64,000 nt of DNA from Podospora anserina (lineage: Eukaryota), in assembly GCA_017654855.1 (NCBI GenBank), contig CM030335.1, positions 3,596,001 to 3,660,000 of the forward strand, in the 5' to 3' direction. The position numbers and the translations under genes were made by a program. Shown here piece after piece: positions 9,345-20,454 of this stretch. Position 1 is the first letter of the stretch, and the number at the start of each line of letters is the position of its first letter. Under the pieces are notes generated by a model that had not been told where the DNA came from, ran no database searches, and was given only the letters and a program-made list of their open reading frames with translations.

Positions 9345-12300
9345 TCAAACTATGGCAACCGCTGCTACCCTCTCCACAACATCCTCCATAACCTCATCGT
9401 CTTCCTCATCGTCGTAATCCTCATATTCCCTTCCATTGTACCATCCGCCGTGCTCCTCCGACATGTGGTTGTAAATCTCATGGCGATCCACCTCCTCGCC
9501 ACACTTGAAGCACCAATGCGTGTTGCAACCACTGACAATACACGTCATGTGATCACATCCAGAAGTCTTTTGTGTTCCTACACCACACCCTGGACATGGC
9601 TTGAAGTCAAACACTTCGGCTGTGAGTGTGCAGTCCTCGCACTTCCAGTTCTCGACGTCGACTGGTGCTCCGGCGGCACAAACCCTTTCCATGTACCTCT
9701 TGGCTGAGCTGCAGGAGGAACACCAGGCGAAGATCCAGCTGCCGGCCTCCTCGACTGCATTCTTTAGCCCCTCCAAGTATCTCACACCCTCCGGCAACTT
9801 GACCTTCGTCGAAGGCTGTCTGCGGCAGAACGGGCAGCTGAGAGCAGCGACGTTGATGATCTTGCCGACTCGATTGATGCCGTACCACGAGTCAGCACAA
9901 TCGCCGCAGATCAGCTCGCCACATCCCTTCCGACCACAGGCCAAACGGAGATCCTTCTTCCTGTGGTCGCTGAAGCAGAGAGAGCAAGTTCCAGCCTGGA
10001 CCCGGCGCGAGTCGACCCATCCCTTCACGGCCTTGACAAGCTCATCAACATTGTGCACCTTCTTGCCTCGGGCCTTCAAAGCCACCTTGTCAGAAGCGGG
10101 TAAGACCTGCACCTTGTCCGCAAAGTGCTCTCTTCCGTGGGCCAAATTGGAAACGATAAAGAACACCGACCTGCCGCCGAAGACGACGTTTGCCGGGATC
10201 ATATCGTCGTCATTCTTGACGAGCCAATCCTTGCCGTTCTCGTTGGCGAGCGTCCGAATGCTGAGCTCCTCCTCCTCGATACGATTCTTCTTGCCACCTT
10301 CGCAGGGAGCGCAGATGAATGAGCTCTCATCGAAGCCTTCAGGCCGGTACTCGGCAGGCCATATCACCCTGTTGGCACAAATCGAACAGCTGACGCACGG
10401 CGCAGTGGTCAGTTGGTCGTACTTGGAATCTGACTTCGAGACAAAGCTCCTCTGCCGACAGAACCAGCATTTAGGCCGTACGTTGAGCTGGTTGGGGAAG
10501 TAGACCACATACTGAGCCCGGCAGTCGTTCATGGAACACTCCACCCAGCTGATCTCGGTGGCGCCATTGTCGTCCTTGGAGATGTTATCGTGTACCATTC
10601 GATGGGCGCGTCCCCTGTCGGTATCTTCCCTGGCGCTGTGGCACAGACCACAGATTCCCTCGTTGCCCATGATGGTGACGGAGCGAGGAAACTGGCAAGA
10701 CTTGCAGACAGCCACAGGGCCCATGTGAGCGCGTGCCTTCTCGGGCGTCCATCCTATTTTGGTAGGAACGATGGTGTCGAGATTCATCTCCAGAAGCTTG
10801 TAGCTCACCAAACCCTCAAAGAGTTCGGCATCCTCCTTGCTGAGGACTGCACCTGGGCGCTTCTTGTTGGCCTCGAGCAAAAGGTTAAGACAGTTGGAGT
10901 TCCACGTCTCGGGAATATCAAGAGTGTTCCAGTTGTCCTTCATGAGGGAGAGCTCAGTAAATGCTGCGTCTTCCAGTGCCTTGATCCCCATCCTCAATGT
11001 GAGAGCAGCGACCAGGGCGGCCGGACGGAGGGCCAGCATGGTACCAGGCAGCACAGTATGCAGCAAAATTCTCCAAAACATCCTCTTGCGCTCCGCCTTG
11101 GCCAAAGCGAGCGGAATCCGGGGGGGCTCAGCTTCGCCCAGATCTTGAACATGGGCTGGGAGGTCGTCTTTGGAAGCCACAAACGTGAGCCGGGTCAGGA
11201 CCTTTCCAAGTCGGCGCAGAATCCTGTAATCGCAAGATCGACCAATCTCGAGTAGCTCGTCCCGAGTAAAGACCATATCTCGGCTGTCGTCGTCGTTCTC
11301 GTTCTTGCCAGCGAACCTGAGCGTTGGATCGAGAAACACGCAGGGGTACTTTTCACCATCTCCAACTTCTCTGATGATGCTGACAATTTCGCCCTTCATG
11401 TCGTACGACTCCTCCAGCCAGTTCTTCATCCGCGACTTTTGCTCGGCGTCGGGTATCCTATCAACGTGGAACCCAAACTTGGTGATAAGTCCGTCTCTGA
11501 CGGGGTTGGACCGGTCGTTGCAGACTGATCTCCATAGAGTGCCGAACACAGGATTGAGGGCCATGACGGTCACATCTGTCTCGATGATCTCCCGCAGCTG
11601 AGCACACACCAGGGTCCGGTATTCTTCGTCATCCATGTATCTCTTTGCAAAGTCCTGGACCGCTCCACCGTTCCGGACATCGACAATCTTGGCGATGTCG
11701 CTCTCATTGACCCAGGCATTCGTGAGATTGCACCTGAGAGCCTCGGTAACGTCCTTGTTCGCGGAAACAGGAAGCCACCTGTTTCCGTTGATATCCGTCT
11801 CAGACTCCACCGTCTCGATGCCCTTCAGCGTCCCATACTGGTTCAAGTAGGCCAGCTTCCGATCACCCCCCTGCCCCTTCTTCTCCGTGACAGCACCCAG
11901 CCAACCAAGCAAAATTCCCACCGTCAGCTGCGAGATATCTTCCGCCCTGGGCGACAAAGTGTCAAAACTGAAGCACCTCCCACCCGTGACCTGCGACAAG
12001 AACGAATACATGGCCGCCACCCCCAGCCCAGCCCGGCTCTGATCCACCCTGCACTTGTTCTTGAACGTCCTCGCCGTCACACAAAACACCTGCGCCCCGC
12101 TACGCCTGAGTTGCTCACAAGCCGAGACCCAATCCTTGAACTTCTCCCCGCCCTCCACCTTCCCCAACGCCGCCTGCTCCAGCTCCCAAGCCTTGTTATC
12201 CAATATCCTCAAGTGGGGCGACTCATCCGCATACCAAATCACCACCGTCTCCCTCTTGACCCCTTCCTTGGCATCTCTCCCCATGACTTCGCACGCCCAG

Positions 12301-12707
12301 TGCGCCCCCGTCTTGCCCGCCTCCGGCGTGGAGTAGCCCCCTTGGACCTTTAGACGTTGAACCCACCCGAGGAGGTCTTTCTTGTCCTGGTCTTGGCCGA
12401 ACCACCCACTGAACTCGGTGACCCTCACGTGGTCGTTGACGTAGGCATGTTTCTCGGCCGACCACTCGACGCAGTCGTGGTCGCGGTAGGCGAGCACCCC
12501 GATGCGGGAGAAGGCGCCGGTGAGGGTGGAGATGCGGACGATGGACTGGAGGGAGGAGTGGAGGGAGACAAGGAAGGTGGTCATGGAGGCTGTGGCGTCG
12601 GTGATGATTAGGAGGTCATATTCGAGGCTGTTGGTGTTGTTGTTGTTGTTGTTGTCGGTGGCTGCCGCCGCCGCTGCAGGCGTGGCAGTGTTGTGGACGG
12701 TAGCCAT
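9345..12707 (-). CDS. vWA-domain, multi-zinc-finger, RBR/Ariadne-like ubiquitin ligase
   Basis: N-terminal LLIITDATASM (MIDAS-like), LAYRDH, GGYSTPEA, WYADESPH. Central CxxC clusters. C-terminal RING (CSLC..CGRKGC..ICGDC..CPFC) and RING2-like CPGC..SGCDHMTC..C..HWCFKC. Intronless ORF; ATG at 12707. Confidence 0.8.
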   Translation of the reverse strand: MATVHNTATPAAAAAATDNNNNNNTNSLEYDLLIITDATASMTTFLVSLHSSLQSIVRISTLTGAFSRIGVLAYRDHDCVEWSAEKHAYVNDHVRVTEFSGWFGQDQDKKDLLGWVQRLKVQGGYSTPEAGKTGAHWACEVMGRDAKEGVKRETVVIWYADESPHLRILDNKAWELEQAALGKVEGGEKFKDWVSACEQLRRSGAQVFCVTARTFKNKCRVDQSRAGLGVAAMYSFLSQVTGGRCFSFDTLSPRAEDISQLTVGILLGWLGAVTEKKGQGGDRKLAYLNQYGTLKGIETVESETDINGNRWLPVSANKDVTEALRCNLTNAWVNESDIAKIVDVRNGGAVQDFAKRYMDDEEYRTLVCAQLREIIETDVTVMALNPVFGTLWRSVCNDRSNPVRDGLITKFGFHVDRIPDAEQKSRMKNWLEESYDMKGEIVSIIREVGDGEKYPCVFLDPTLRFAGKNENDDDSRDMVFTRDELLEIGRSCDYRILRRLGKVLTRLTFVASKDDLPAHVQDLGEAEPPRIPLALAKAERKRMFWRILLHTVLPGTMLALRPAALVAALTLRMGIKALEDAAFTELSLMKDNWNTLDIPETWNSNCLNLLLEANKKRPGAVLSKEDAELFEGLVSYKLLEMNLDTIVPTKIGWTPEKARAHMGPVAVCKSCQFPRSVTIMGNEGICGLCHSAREDTDRGRAHRMVHDNISKDDNGATEISWVECSMNDCRAQYVVYFPNQLNVRPKCWFCRQRSFVSKSDSKYDQLTTAPCVSCSICANRVIWPAEYRPEGFDESSFICAPCEGGKKNRIEEEELSIRTLANENGKDWLVKNDDDMIPANVVFGGRSVFFIVSNLAHGREHFADKVQVLPASDKVALKARGKKVHNVDELVKAVKGWVDSRRVQAGTCSLCFSDHRKKDLRLACGRKGCGELICGDCADSWYGINRVGKIINVAALSCPFCRRQPSTKVKLPEGVRYLEGLKNAVEEAGSWIFAWCSSCSSAKRYMERVCAAGAPVDVENWKCEDCTLTAEVFDFKPCPGCGVGTQKTSGCDHMTCIVSGCNTHWCFKCGEEVDRHEIYNHMSEEHGGWYNGREYEDYDDEEDDEVMEDVVERVAAVAIV

Positions 12708-13354
12708 TGTGGACGTTGGGATAAAACGAAGCAAGAGAAGAAAGAAGAAGGAGAGGAGGTGGGATTCTTATGATTTATCCATCTAGGACCTATCTACAGA
12801 GACGTGATGCGTGTGATGGGTGCCCCGACCCCGGGCCACCTCATTCGGCGAGGACAGTGAGGACGGCAGGCGCCAACAGGCCGGGTGAGTCAAAATAAGC
12901 GTTGCTCCCCGGCCACAGCAGCGCTGACAGTGCCGCCCGAGCACATCGCCAAGACCGCCGTGGTAGGGTGCTTCAGGGGCTTTAGCGCTTACACGCCAGG
13001 CTTGACACAAAGTCCATGAAGATCATAACCATGACTGGGCATCCAAGGTAGGTAGGCAATGTCGAGTGCACAGTGCGGCCATGGACGTAGAGGTTAGCAA
13101 CGCAACAGATGCGTTGGAAATATCTTGAATTAAGCTAAGATCATGTAGTAGGTGGCATGCATTGCGTCCGAACGCCCAGAATATGCCCCGGATGCAGGTA
13201 TGTACGTCTAGAAAGTAGTAAAATGGTATCTAAAGAGACAAAAGGAATGAAAAGAAAAAGAATCCAATGGAACTCGTTAACCAAAACTCGCTGAACAAAA
13301 CACTAGGTACTCTCCCAAATTTGCGGAATGCCCCGTTGCACCATCATGACGTGG

Positions 13355-14722
13355 TTAGTCTGCTGACTGCTTGAAGTCCGTGTGCACCCTGATTCCCTTC
13401 AAGGGAACCTCGTCTCCACTCATGCTCTCACTGTCCCCCTGTTTCCCTGGTCGGCTCGTTACCGTATAAGCATAGCCATGATCCGGCCGCAACCCAGTAT
13501 CGTCGCGGGTGAGCGTCGCCGTCCTTCCAGTATCGAGTGCCGTCTCGCTGATATTTGAGTCGTCGGGCAGACGGTAAAAGGCTCTGTCGCCGTCTTTTCG
13601 CAGCTCGCCACCAGACTCAGTCCGGTCGCTGACTGACCCCGTCGACTTCATGTTGCCTCCACCAGTGCCGCCGAAGTTGTTCTTGGAGGAAAAGCCGTTC
13701 TTGCTTCCGCTGCCGCTGCCGCCTGTGATGAGGGATCCCGAGATGCCCATCCTTGTCAAGATCAGGCTCATGATGGGGGCGAGGGTGGGCAGGTTTGCCG
13801 AGATGATGCCTGCAGACATTTCGATGGCGGTCCAGCCGACAGTCGGTGCGAGGGAGTACGATGGGTCGTCGTTGGTGTAGGTGAAAAGCACCGTGGTTCG
13901 GTACGCCGAGGCAAAAACGACGCTGGGTTTGAGATTGAGGTTAGGGAATGGCACGGGAAGCCTGGCAAGCGGAGGGCTGGAAAACTCACAAGAAACCCAA
14001 GCAGAAAGCCACCGTCACACCAATCTTTTCAGACTGCCGCAGCTGCAGCTTCCACACCTGAGGGATAGGCAGCACGAGAATGGCAATGTCAGACACGATG
14101 GTGGAGATGGCGTTGGCGATCCACGTCCCAACCTGGTTGATGCAGCGGCCTGGCAGGTGCGGATACCACAGCTTTTCGACAGGAACGCAGATGAAGATGA
14201 AGAGGAAGGTGATGGTGATGACCCAGGCGATAATGAAGGCGCTGATGCCCCAGGCCATCTTCTTGAAGAAAGGGAAGCGAAAGATGCGGTAGTACATGAA
14301 GAGAATGGCCATCTTGGTGAAGACGAGGTTGAAGGCGTATAAAATCTCGGCGACGACGAGGAACTTGGCCATGAGGACAATCTTTTCCATGGGCACTTTG
14401 TCGGCGTGAATGCCCATGCCGGCCGAATACATGGCAAAGATGAAGCCAACCGTGACAAAGTTCCATAACTGCCAGCCGGGCCTTGTTAGAAATTGTACAA
14501 GACATGAGCGGCGCTGGCACAAACCTGAGAAAATACAATCATCCAATCATCCCACCACAGCTTTTGGGCCTTGATATATCGAGCCCAGAGGCGCAGGAGG
14601 ACTGAGACGGTGGAAAGAACCGTGACCGACACGACGGTAGCGAGAGTCCATGGCTGCAGGTTGTCAGGGTCGTAACCCGGGATGCCGGGCAGGACGGACT
14701 TGGAATCATCGGAATCTGCCAT
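13355..14722 (-). CDS. PTH11-like (rhodopsin-domain) integral membrane protein, no CFEM domain
   Basis: Motifs LRLWARY..LWWDDW, TKMAILFMYYRIF, CVPVEKLW, DIAILVLPIPQVWKLQL and WTAIEMSAGIISANLP. Introns 14524-14469 and 13989-13923. Confidence 0.88.
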
Positions 14723-16779
14723 GACTGGGAAGTGGTGACGCGATTTCAGAAAACCTGGGGAAGAGAATAATGAGAGACTCCAGGTTTTGAGGATTCTGGG
14801 CGGCACAAAAACATGGTCGCGGCGTTTTTGAGTGTCAAGGGAAGTTTTGCTTTTTGGGGATGGGCAAGGGATTTGATGGGCATCGTGAGGTGCGCAGGTT
14901 GCATTGGACTCCTGTCGATCAACTGCATAAGAGGCTAGTTCCCATTCGTAACATATTTTCTTCTGCTTCAGTTTCCTCACCCCACGCTAATCCATTGTTC
15001 GCACCTTTTGATTTGATCATTCGTTTTTAGGGTGGACTCGACATCCCCAGGACCCTACCTAAAGCCGGGGGACGGGGCCGGGGGGGCAGCTCCCCGCAAG
15101 CCGGTTCGGTCTAGTCTCAGGTCTTGGTGTGGGAGGGAAGATAGGTGGAGAAACGCTAACAGAAATTCCTCTCAAGTTGTTCATTGCGCGCAGAAATGGG
15201 AGGATGGCTGTTATGCAACTTGCATTCGAGCTGGGTTCGGCCCATGCATATACCTAGGTAGGTATGGATGCATGTGCGGGAAATGCACCATGGCCACACT
15301 ACCTTGCAATTCTCTCATAGCCACGGAGTATCTAGGTACCTTAGGTGCTTAGGTAAATATTTCGTATATTTTGATGTCAGAATACCAGCATCCATTGAAG
15401 AAGCCGTCGTTTGTTTCGTGGGGTACCCAGCTAAGGCTTCATTGATGGGCCACTGATCGGCATCGGCCGACTGGTGGACTGAGGCGACTGGCGAAGGATT
15501 TGCTCACTTTACCTAGCCAGGCATAGTGTCAGTGTCAGAGAAAACAAAATCCGCATCAAAGGCGTGAAGATCTTGACACAATTGAAGATATTGTGTGACA
15601 TAACAACATTGGGCCCTCGATATCCTTTTACTGAAGTGATACCAGTGGTTCAATCTTGCTGTCTTGATGGGTAAGGAAGGTAAAGGTGGACATAAGACCC
15701 CTGTGGCGAACTCGGTAATTGTGTGATTCTGGACCGCATCCGCGCCGAGCAAAAAACCGAACCAACTGCCGACGTAAGTAACGAGTTGAGCAGATGGCGA
15801 AGGGATCATGAATCAACGCCGTGACCCTGAATCTGCCATTATCGGAGATCTATCCGCAAGTAAGGGGGTGAATCTCTTCAAATGATACCTACTGACACCC
15901 ATTTTCCTGCACCTTCACACTGCCCATCAAAGGTGTGCTGTATAATGTCCCTCTGCTGATATACCTTCTACCGTCTCAGCGCCTCGACCCCCAGCGACAG
16001 CTTTACCCCTATACCCAAGTTCGCCACTGGTAGGTGCCCTAGTGAAGGTATTAAGTGCGATTGCCACAGTCTCGGCAGGTACTCATTCTCGACCATGAGT
16101 TCGGCATCGAGCCGCCGAGCCTTCCAGACAGGCGTGCTAGGGAGAGTGATACAATAAGAAACATGCTTGATAAAACGCCAGTATCCAAGTGTTTGTTTGG
16201 ACGACGTCTAGGGATCTACGGCCACATACTTGTCGAGAAGTTGCCTGGTAGCCGCGGCTGCCCCAATATTCCACGCCTCGTCGCTCTCCGAGACTGTGAC
16301 CCAACACCCTGTCGTATCTCTTCCCGTAGCCACAATTTGTAACTTTCCATCAACACCGGCCAACCCAAAGGACTGCTCCGACATGGTGTATTTATCAAAC
16401 TATCCCATCTGGTCGTAGTATGCCATGCTACTCAACACTGTAATCAGGCTCTGCAGGCAGAAGCTCTTTGATCCACCCCCCTTCAAAGTTTCCTGAACTG
16501 AAAGTTGATTCTCTGCATCCCTTCCTTCACGGGGAAATGTGCCAAGCAAGTAAAAGGGACAGGCTCGTGACATCGAACCTCATTGTCCCCCATTCTCCGT
16601 CGCCCTTCTTGTCCACGTCCCACCCGTATCAACAAGCCGCGATATGATCCTCTCCAATGTAGACGGATCAGCCACCACCCCGTTACACTTCACCCCTACT
16701 CCTGAGCCGATATTCGGTTCAAAATCTTCACAGTTCGCTCTCCGTATCGGATCCTGAAACTGAAACGAAGTGTCCATCT

Positions 16780-18276
16780 TCCTCATCAGCCCAAGTATCA
16801 TGCACGAATTCGTATGCATCTCTATCGACATAGACAAACTTGGTGTCAATACCTTGTCGACTAGCCAAGCTCTTGAGCTCCCATCCCATCTGTGTTGACT
16901 CGGATCAAGCATCATCGAAGGGAAGATCTTCCGGTGTTTCGGAGTGCCCCAAATGGAGGAGAAGCTTTCGGAATTTTGGTTGGGTTTCTGACACTGTTGA
17001 CAGCCAACGAATAATGATGCGCATGAGGGCTCTCTGGTCCCAGGACATCCCCGGCCAGTGATCGTATACACCGCCCTAGCCCACCAATAGATCACCCCCC
17101 CGGCGCCAACGTTTCGAGATTGAATGGGAGACAGGTACCCAAGATTTCGGCTCCTTTGGCAATCTCGGGTGCTTTCAACCCAAACCAAAAACGCGAGTGG
17201 AATGGCAAGAGTCTTGAGTTGGTCGAAGGCCCCAAGCGCCATTGCACCCACGACCTTGGTTGGGACCGGGCCAGTGCCAGGCCATCCGTCCACGCTACCG
17301 TTGGAAGCCCCAATGTTGAGCTCGGTCAATTTATCTCTGACTTGCAGTAGGGCATTCATCGCGATATTCAGGTCAAAAACAGGCGTGTTGTGCTCAGCCT
17401 CCCTTGGCCACTCATCATGAAGGTACGGGTCGAATTCCCATTCACACCAGAGTGTTTTCAGGCGAGGTGTGGCGGCAAGCAACTCGGGTAGGTGAAGCTC
17501 TCTGAATGACCGTATTTTGAGACAGGTGATCGGTGTTGATGGCGGTGCGACCGTGGGCCATACCAGATGCGGACTTGGGTTTGCTCCTCTGGTGGGGTTG
17601 TCCAGGTAAACCTCGAGGCTTGTCAGCGACGGGAGGTAAAAGAATGGGAGGACGTCCTCAGTGTGCCGCACGTGAGGTTCATCATGGACATGTAGGAGAG
17701 TAACGGTCTTGAGATGTTGCAATATCTTTTCGTCGGCTTGGACCAGTTCTGGACTGCAGAGCACAGTTTGCACAAGGCTTATGCATACGCTGTCCCTCTC
17801 AAAGTTATTGTAGAGGCTTAGATGCTCGAGGCGCGGTAGAAGCGTGAGAAGGAGGGCCAGATGGGCATCCGTCAACCCATCGGGCTCCTTTTGAATCCAC
17901 TCCCTGTACCAAGGCATATGCCTCCAACGGCTTTGCACAAAATCGAGTATGACCTCAAGAGGTCCCTCACCGATCCACCCGTCGAAACGCTCATAGTCGA
18001 GGGAGCGTATGTAGAGGGCAAGATCCGGTCTTGACACCACAGTCCGTAAGAGTAAGACGGTGCGGGCGGCTTGTCTTCCCCAAACCTTGCTATCTTTTCC
18101 CTGTCATCAAGGCGTATTTTGGCGTACAGATAGGACTGTGCCAGACCAAGCAGGCGCGGATGTGTGAGGCAGACCGCATGCAAGTCACATCGGTCAAGAT
18201 AGTCGAGAACCGGATGCAAAATGTCGTCGCAGCATGTGAGAAAAGGACTGAAAGGTGGTGGGTTATTCGACTCCAT
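16780..18276 (-). pseudogene. Degenerate F-box/LRR-like gene
   Basis: F-box-like start (FLTCCDDILHPVLDYLDRCDLHAVCLT). The coding sense changes frame near 18059 (KPPAP / VLLLRTVVSRPDLA), near 17184 (IPLAFLV / GLKAPE..LPFNLETL) and near 17100. In-frame TAG at 17078-17076 and TGA at 16907-16905. No room for introns at the shifts. 3' boundary approximate. Confidence 0.65.
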
Positions 18277-18465
18277 AGTAACTTTTCAAGCTTTTGGGAC
18301 AGAAGATGATGGCTTGCAGAACTTAGTCGATACCTACGTGGGTGTTTTTGTCACATCAATAGTGGGGTCATCCCGATAAGACAAGGTATATTATATGTAT
18401 GATCTGTCTTGAATTCATGGCGATGAACACGAGGATTCTACATCATATCAACACCCCTTCAGACC

Positions 18466-19416
18466 TCAGATAATATTCTTCAACTCCTGACCTCCCAAGA
18501 ATTTCCTCAGGTTCTCCACAATCAACTCCTCAGCACCCTGTGGCCGCCCACCAGCAGCATGTGGCGACAGAATCAAATTCTTGGCACCATACAATTTGTT
18601 GCCCTCTGGTAACGGTTCAGTCTCAAACACATCCAACGCCGCTCCCCCAATCTGTTCCCCTTCCAAAGCCTCGAACAACGCATCCTCGTCAATCGACGTT
18701 CCTCTCCCCACATTCACCACCCACGCATGGTTTGGCAAGTACCCCAGCCTCTCCCTGTTCAAAGCATGTTTCGTCGAGGCATCCCCCGGCAGAATCATCA
18801 CCAATGCATCCGTCTCTTTCAAGATGTCCTCCAACGAGTCCTCACCAAACACCTCAATCCCATCCCTCACTCCCTTGCTCCTCGCCAGCCCCTTGACAGT
18901 CGCGCCCAAAGCCACAAGATGCGGTGTCAGTGACTTGGCAATGTTGCCGAATCCCCAAATTGTTACTCTGGCATCTCTCAGTGTTCTGAAGGTACCCTTC
19001 TCCCGATCTGGCTGCGGACCACCAAGGTGACCAGGCCACTTCCCTTGCAGTTGGTAATCCCTCATCTCGTAGAACCTTCTCGCGGCATTGAGCAACAAGC
19101 CCAGGGCGTGTTCGGCAACCGTCTTGTCGTGCAGCCCAGAGCCGGTGGTGATCTTGACCTTGGAGGCGTCAAACCCGGCCGAGAGGACGTCATTGGGACC
19201 GGCGGCGAGGGACTGGATCCATTTCAGGTCCTTGAGGTTCTTGACCGCGTAGGTGAGATTGTCTTTGGAGTTGGCCCAGGTGACTAGGATCTCGGCGTCA
19301 TGGTGCTCGGAGGGGAGAGTGGGGGATTTGACATCGTAGGGGTGGAGGGTGAGGGTGGGGAAGCCGGTTATTTTGGCGGGGTCGAGGACCAAGGAAGTTG
19401 GATAGAGGAGCTTCAT
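18466..19416 (-). CDS. D-isomer-specific 2-hydroxyacid dehydrogenase (NAD-binding)
   Basis: Motifs WIQSLAAG, VAEHAL, IWGFGNIA (Rossmann), VNVGRG, GAALDVFETEPLP and SPHAAG. Intronless. Most likely start MKLLYP at 19416; in-frame upstream ATGs exist. Confidence 0.9.
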   Translation of the reverse strand: MKLLYPTSLVLDPAKITGFPTLTLHPYDVKSPTLPSEHHDAEILVTWANSKDNLTYAVKNLKDLKWIQSLAAGPNDVLSAGFDASKVKITTGSGLHDKTVAEHALGLLLNAARRFYEMRDYQLQGKWPGHLGGPQPDREKGTFRTLRDARVTIWGFGNIAKSLTPHLVALGATVKGLARSKGVRDGIEVFGEDSLEDILKETDALVMILPGDASTKHALNRERLGYLPNHAWVVNVGRGTSIDEDALFEALEGEQIGGAALDVFETEPLPEGNKLYGAKNLILSPHAAGGRPQGAEELIVENLRKFLGGQELKNII

Positions 19417-19716
19417 GTTTGCTGGGGTTGAGGGAGAGAAGGCTCTGGTTTTGGTTATAGATGCAAGTGATGGTTGGGCAAAGGATTTGAAGATGTAGAA
19501 GCTGGCACGAAGAGGCAGCTGGAGCATTAGGTAGACTGAAACTGGAAGTCGATGACTGAGCTTCCCAAATGTCGTGAGTGAGGGGTCGATGTTGCCAAAC
19601 AAATCATTGGCGGCCGTTGCCAGTGGGACGTGTGGAGCTTGCCGGCCGGTGTCGGAGCCGGAGCGGAGTCGGGATTTCGGCAGTGGAAGGGTTCTGGAAT
19701 CCGGGGAAAGTGGCAT

Positions 19717-20454
19717 CTACTGTTCGTCAGGAGGTCGGCCCATGCTTTGCTGAGCCTGCTCCGCGTTGCCCTCCAGCCCCGCCAAAATTGCCTTATCTCC
19801 TCCAGGAATGACCATCTCAAAAGTCTTGTCCAAGACCACATAGTCGTAATAACCACACCGCGCGATGGGTTTCGTCTTGCCAATATCCAGCTTCCCCTCC
19901 TTCGACAAGGCCCAGTCCGCAATGTGCACCCCTTCGACCTTTCCAATCACCAAGTCCACACCCCCCATCACCGACGCTCCCGGCAGTCGCAATGTTGAGT
20001 GATAACTGCACTCAAATTTGACCGGACTTTCCCTCACCATCGGAACCGGGTTCTGGACATCACCCGGCAGACAAGAACTAAACTCCTTTTCCAAACCTAC
20101 GTGCTCAAACTCGTCCACTTCAAAAGGGAGCTGCTGAGCCGAAGCGTTGACCTTTTCCCTGAGATCCCATGTCGCCAGGTTCCACACAAACTTGGCCGTC
20201 GACTCCACGTTGCGCACAGTGTCTTTCTTGAAGCCTTCGGGCGTTTGGTTGGCAGAAAACATGACATATGGCGGGTCGAAGCTGAGGTTTGTGAACTGAC
20301 TGAAGGGTGCCAGGTTATGAGTTGGCTGTGTGGACGGGGAAGCCGGCGTGAGAGGGGAGGTGGTTGATATCCATCCTATAGGTCGAGGCACAACACATGC
20401 CTTGAAGGGATCGAAAGGCAGGTTGTGGTGGGTTTTTCCTGGTTGGTAAAACAT
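19717..20454 (-). CDS. Flavin reductase-like FMN-binding split-barrel protein
   Basis: Motifs PFKACVVPRPIGWIST, HNLAPFS, KKDTVRN, FVWNLAT, ESPVKFEC and PIARCGY. Confidence 0.88.
   Translation of the reverse strand: MFYQPGKTHHNLPFDPFKACVVPRPIGWISTTSPLTPASPSTQPTHNLAPFSQFTNLSFDPPYVMFSANQTPEGFKKDTVRNVESTAKFVWNLATWDLREKVNASAQQLPFEVDEFEHVGLEKEFSSCLPGDVQNPVPMVRESPVKFECSYHSTLRLPGASVMGGVDLVIGKVEGVHIADWALSKEGKLDIGKTKPIARCGYYDYVVLDKTFEMVIPGGDKAILAGLEGNAEQAQQSMGRPPDEQ

Noticed and set aside
12630-12675. (GTT)n and (GCC)n microsatellites
   Set aside because: They encode poly-Asn and poly-Ala low-complexity tracts in the vWA-RBR N-terminus; ordinary.
15480-16560. Short ORFs between the PTH11-like gene and the F-box relic
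   Set aside because: No recognisable motifs, coding bias or consistent splice structure.
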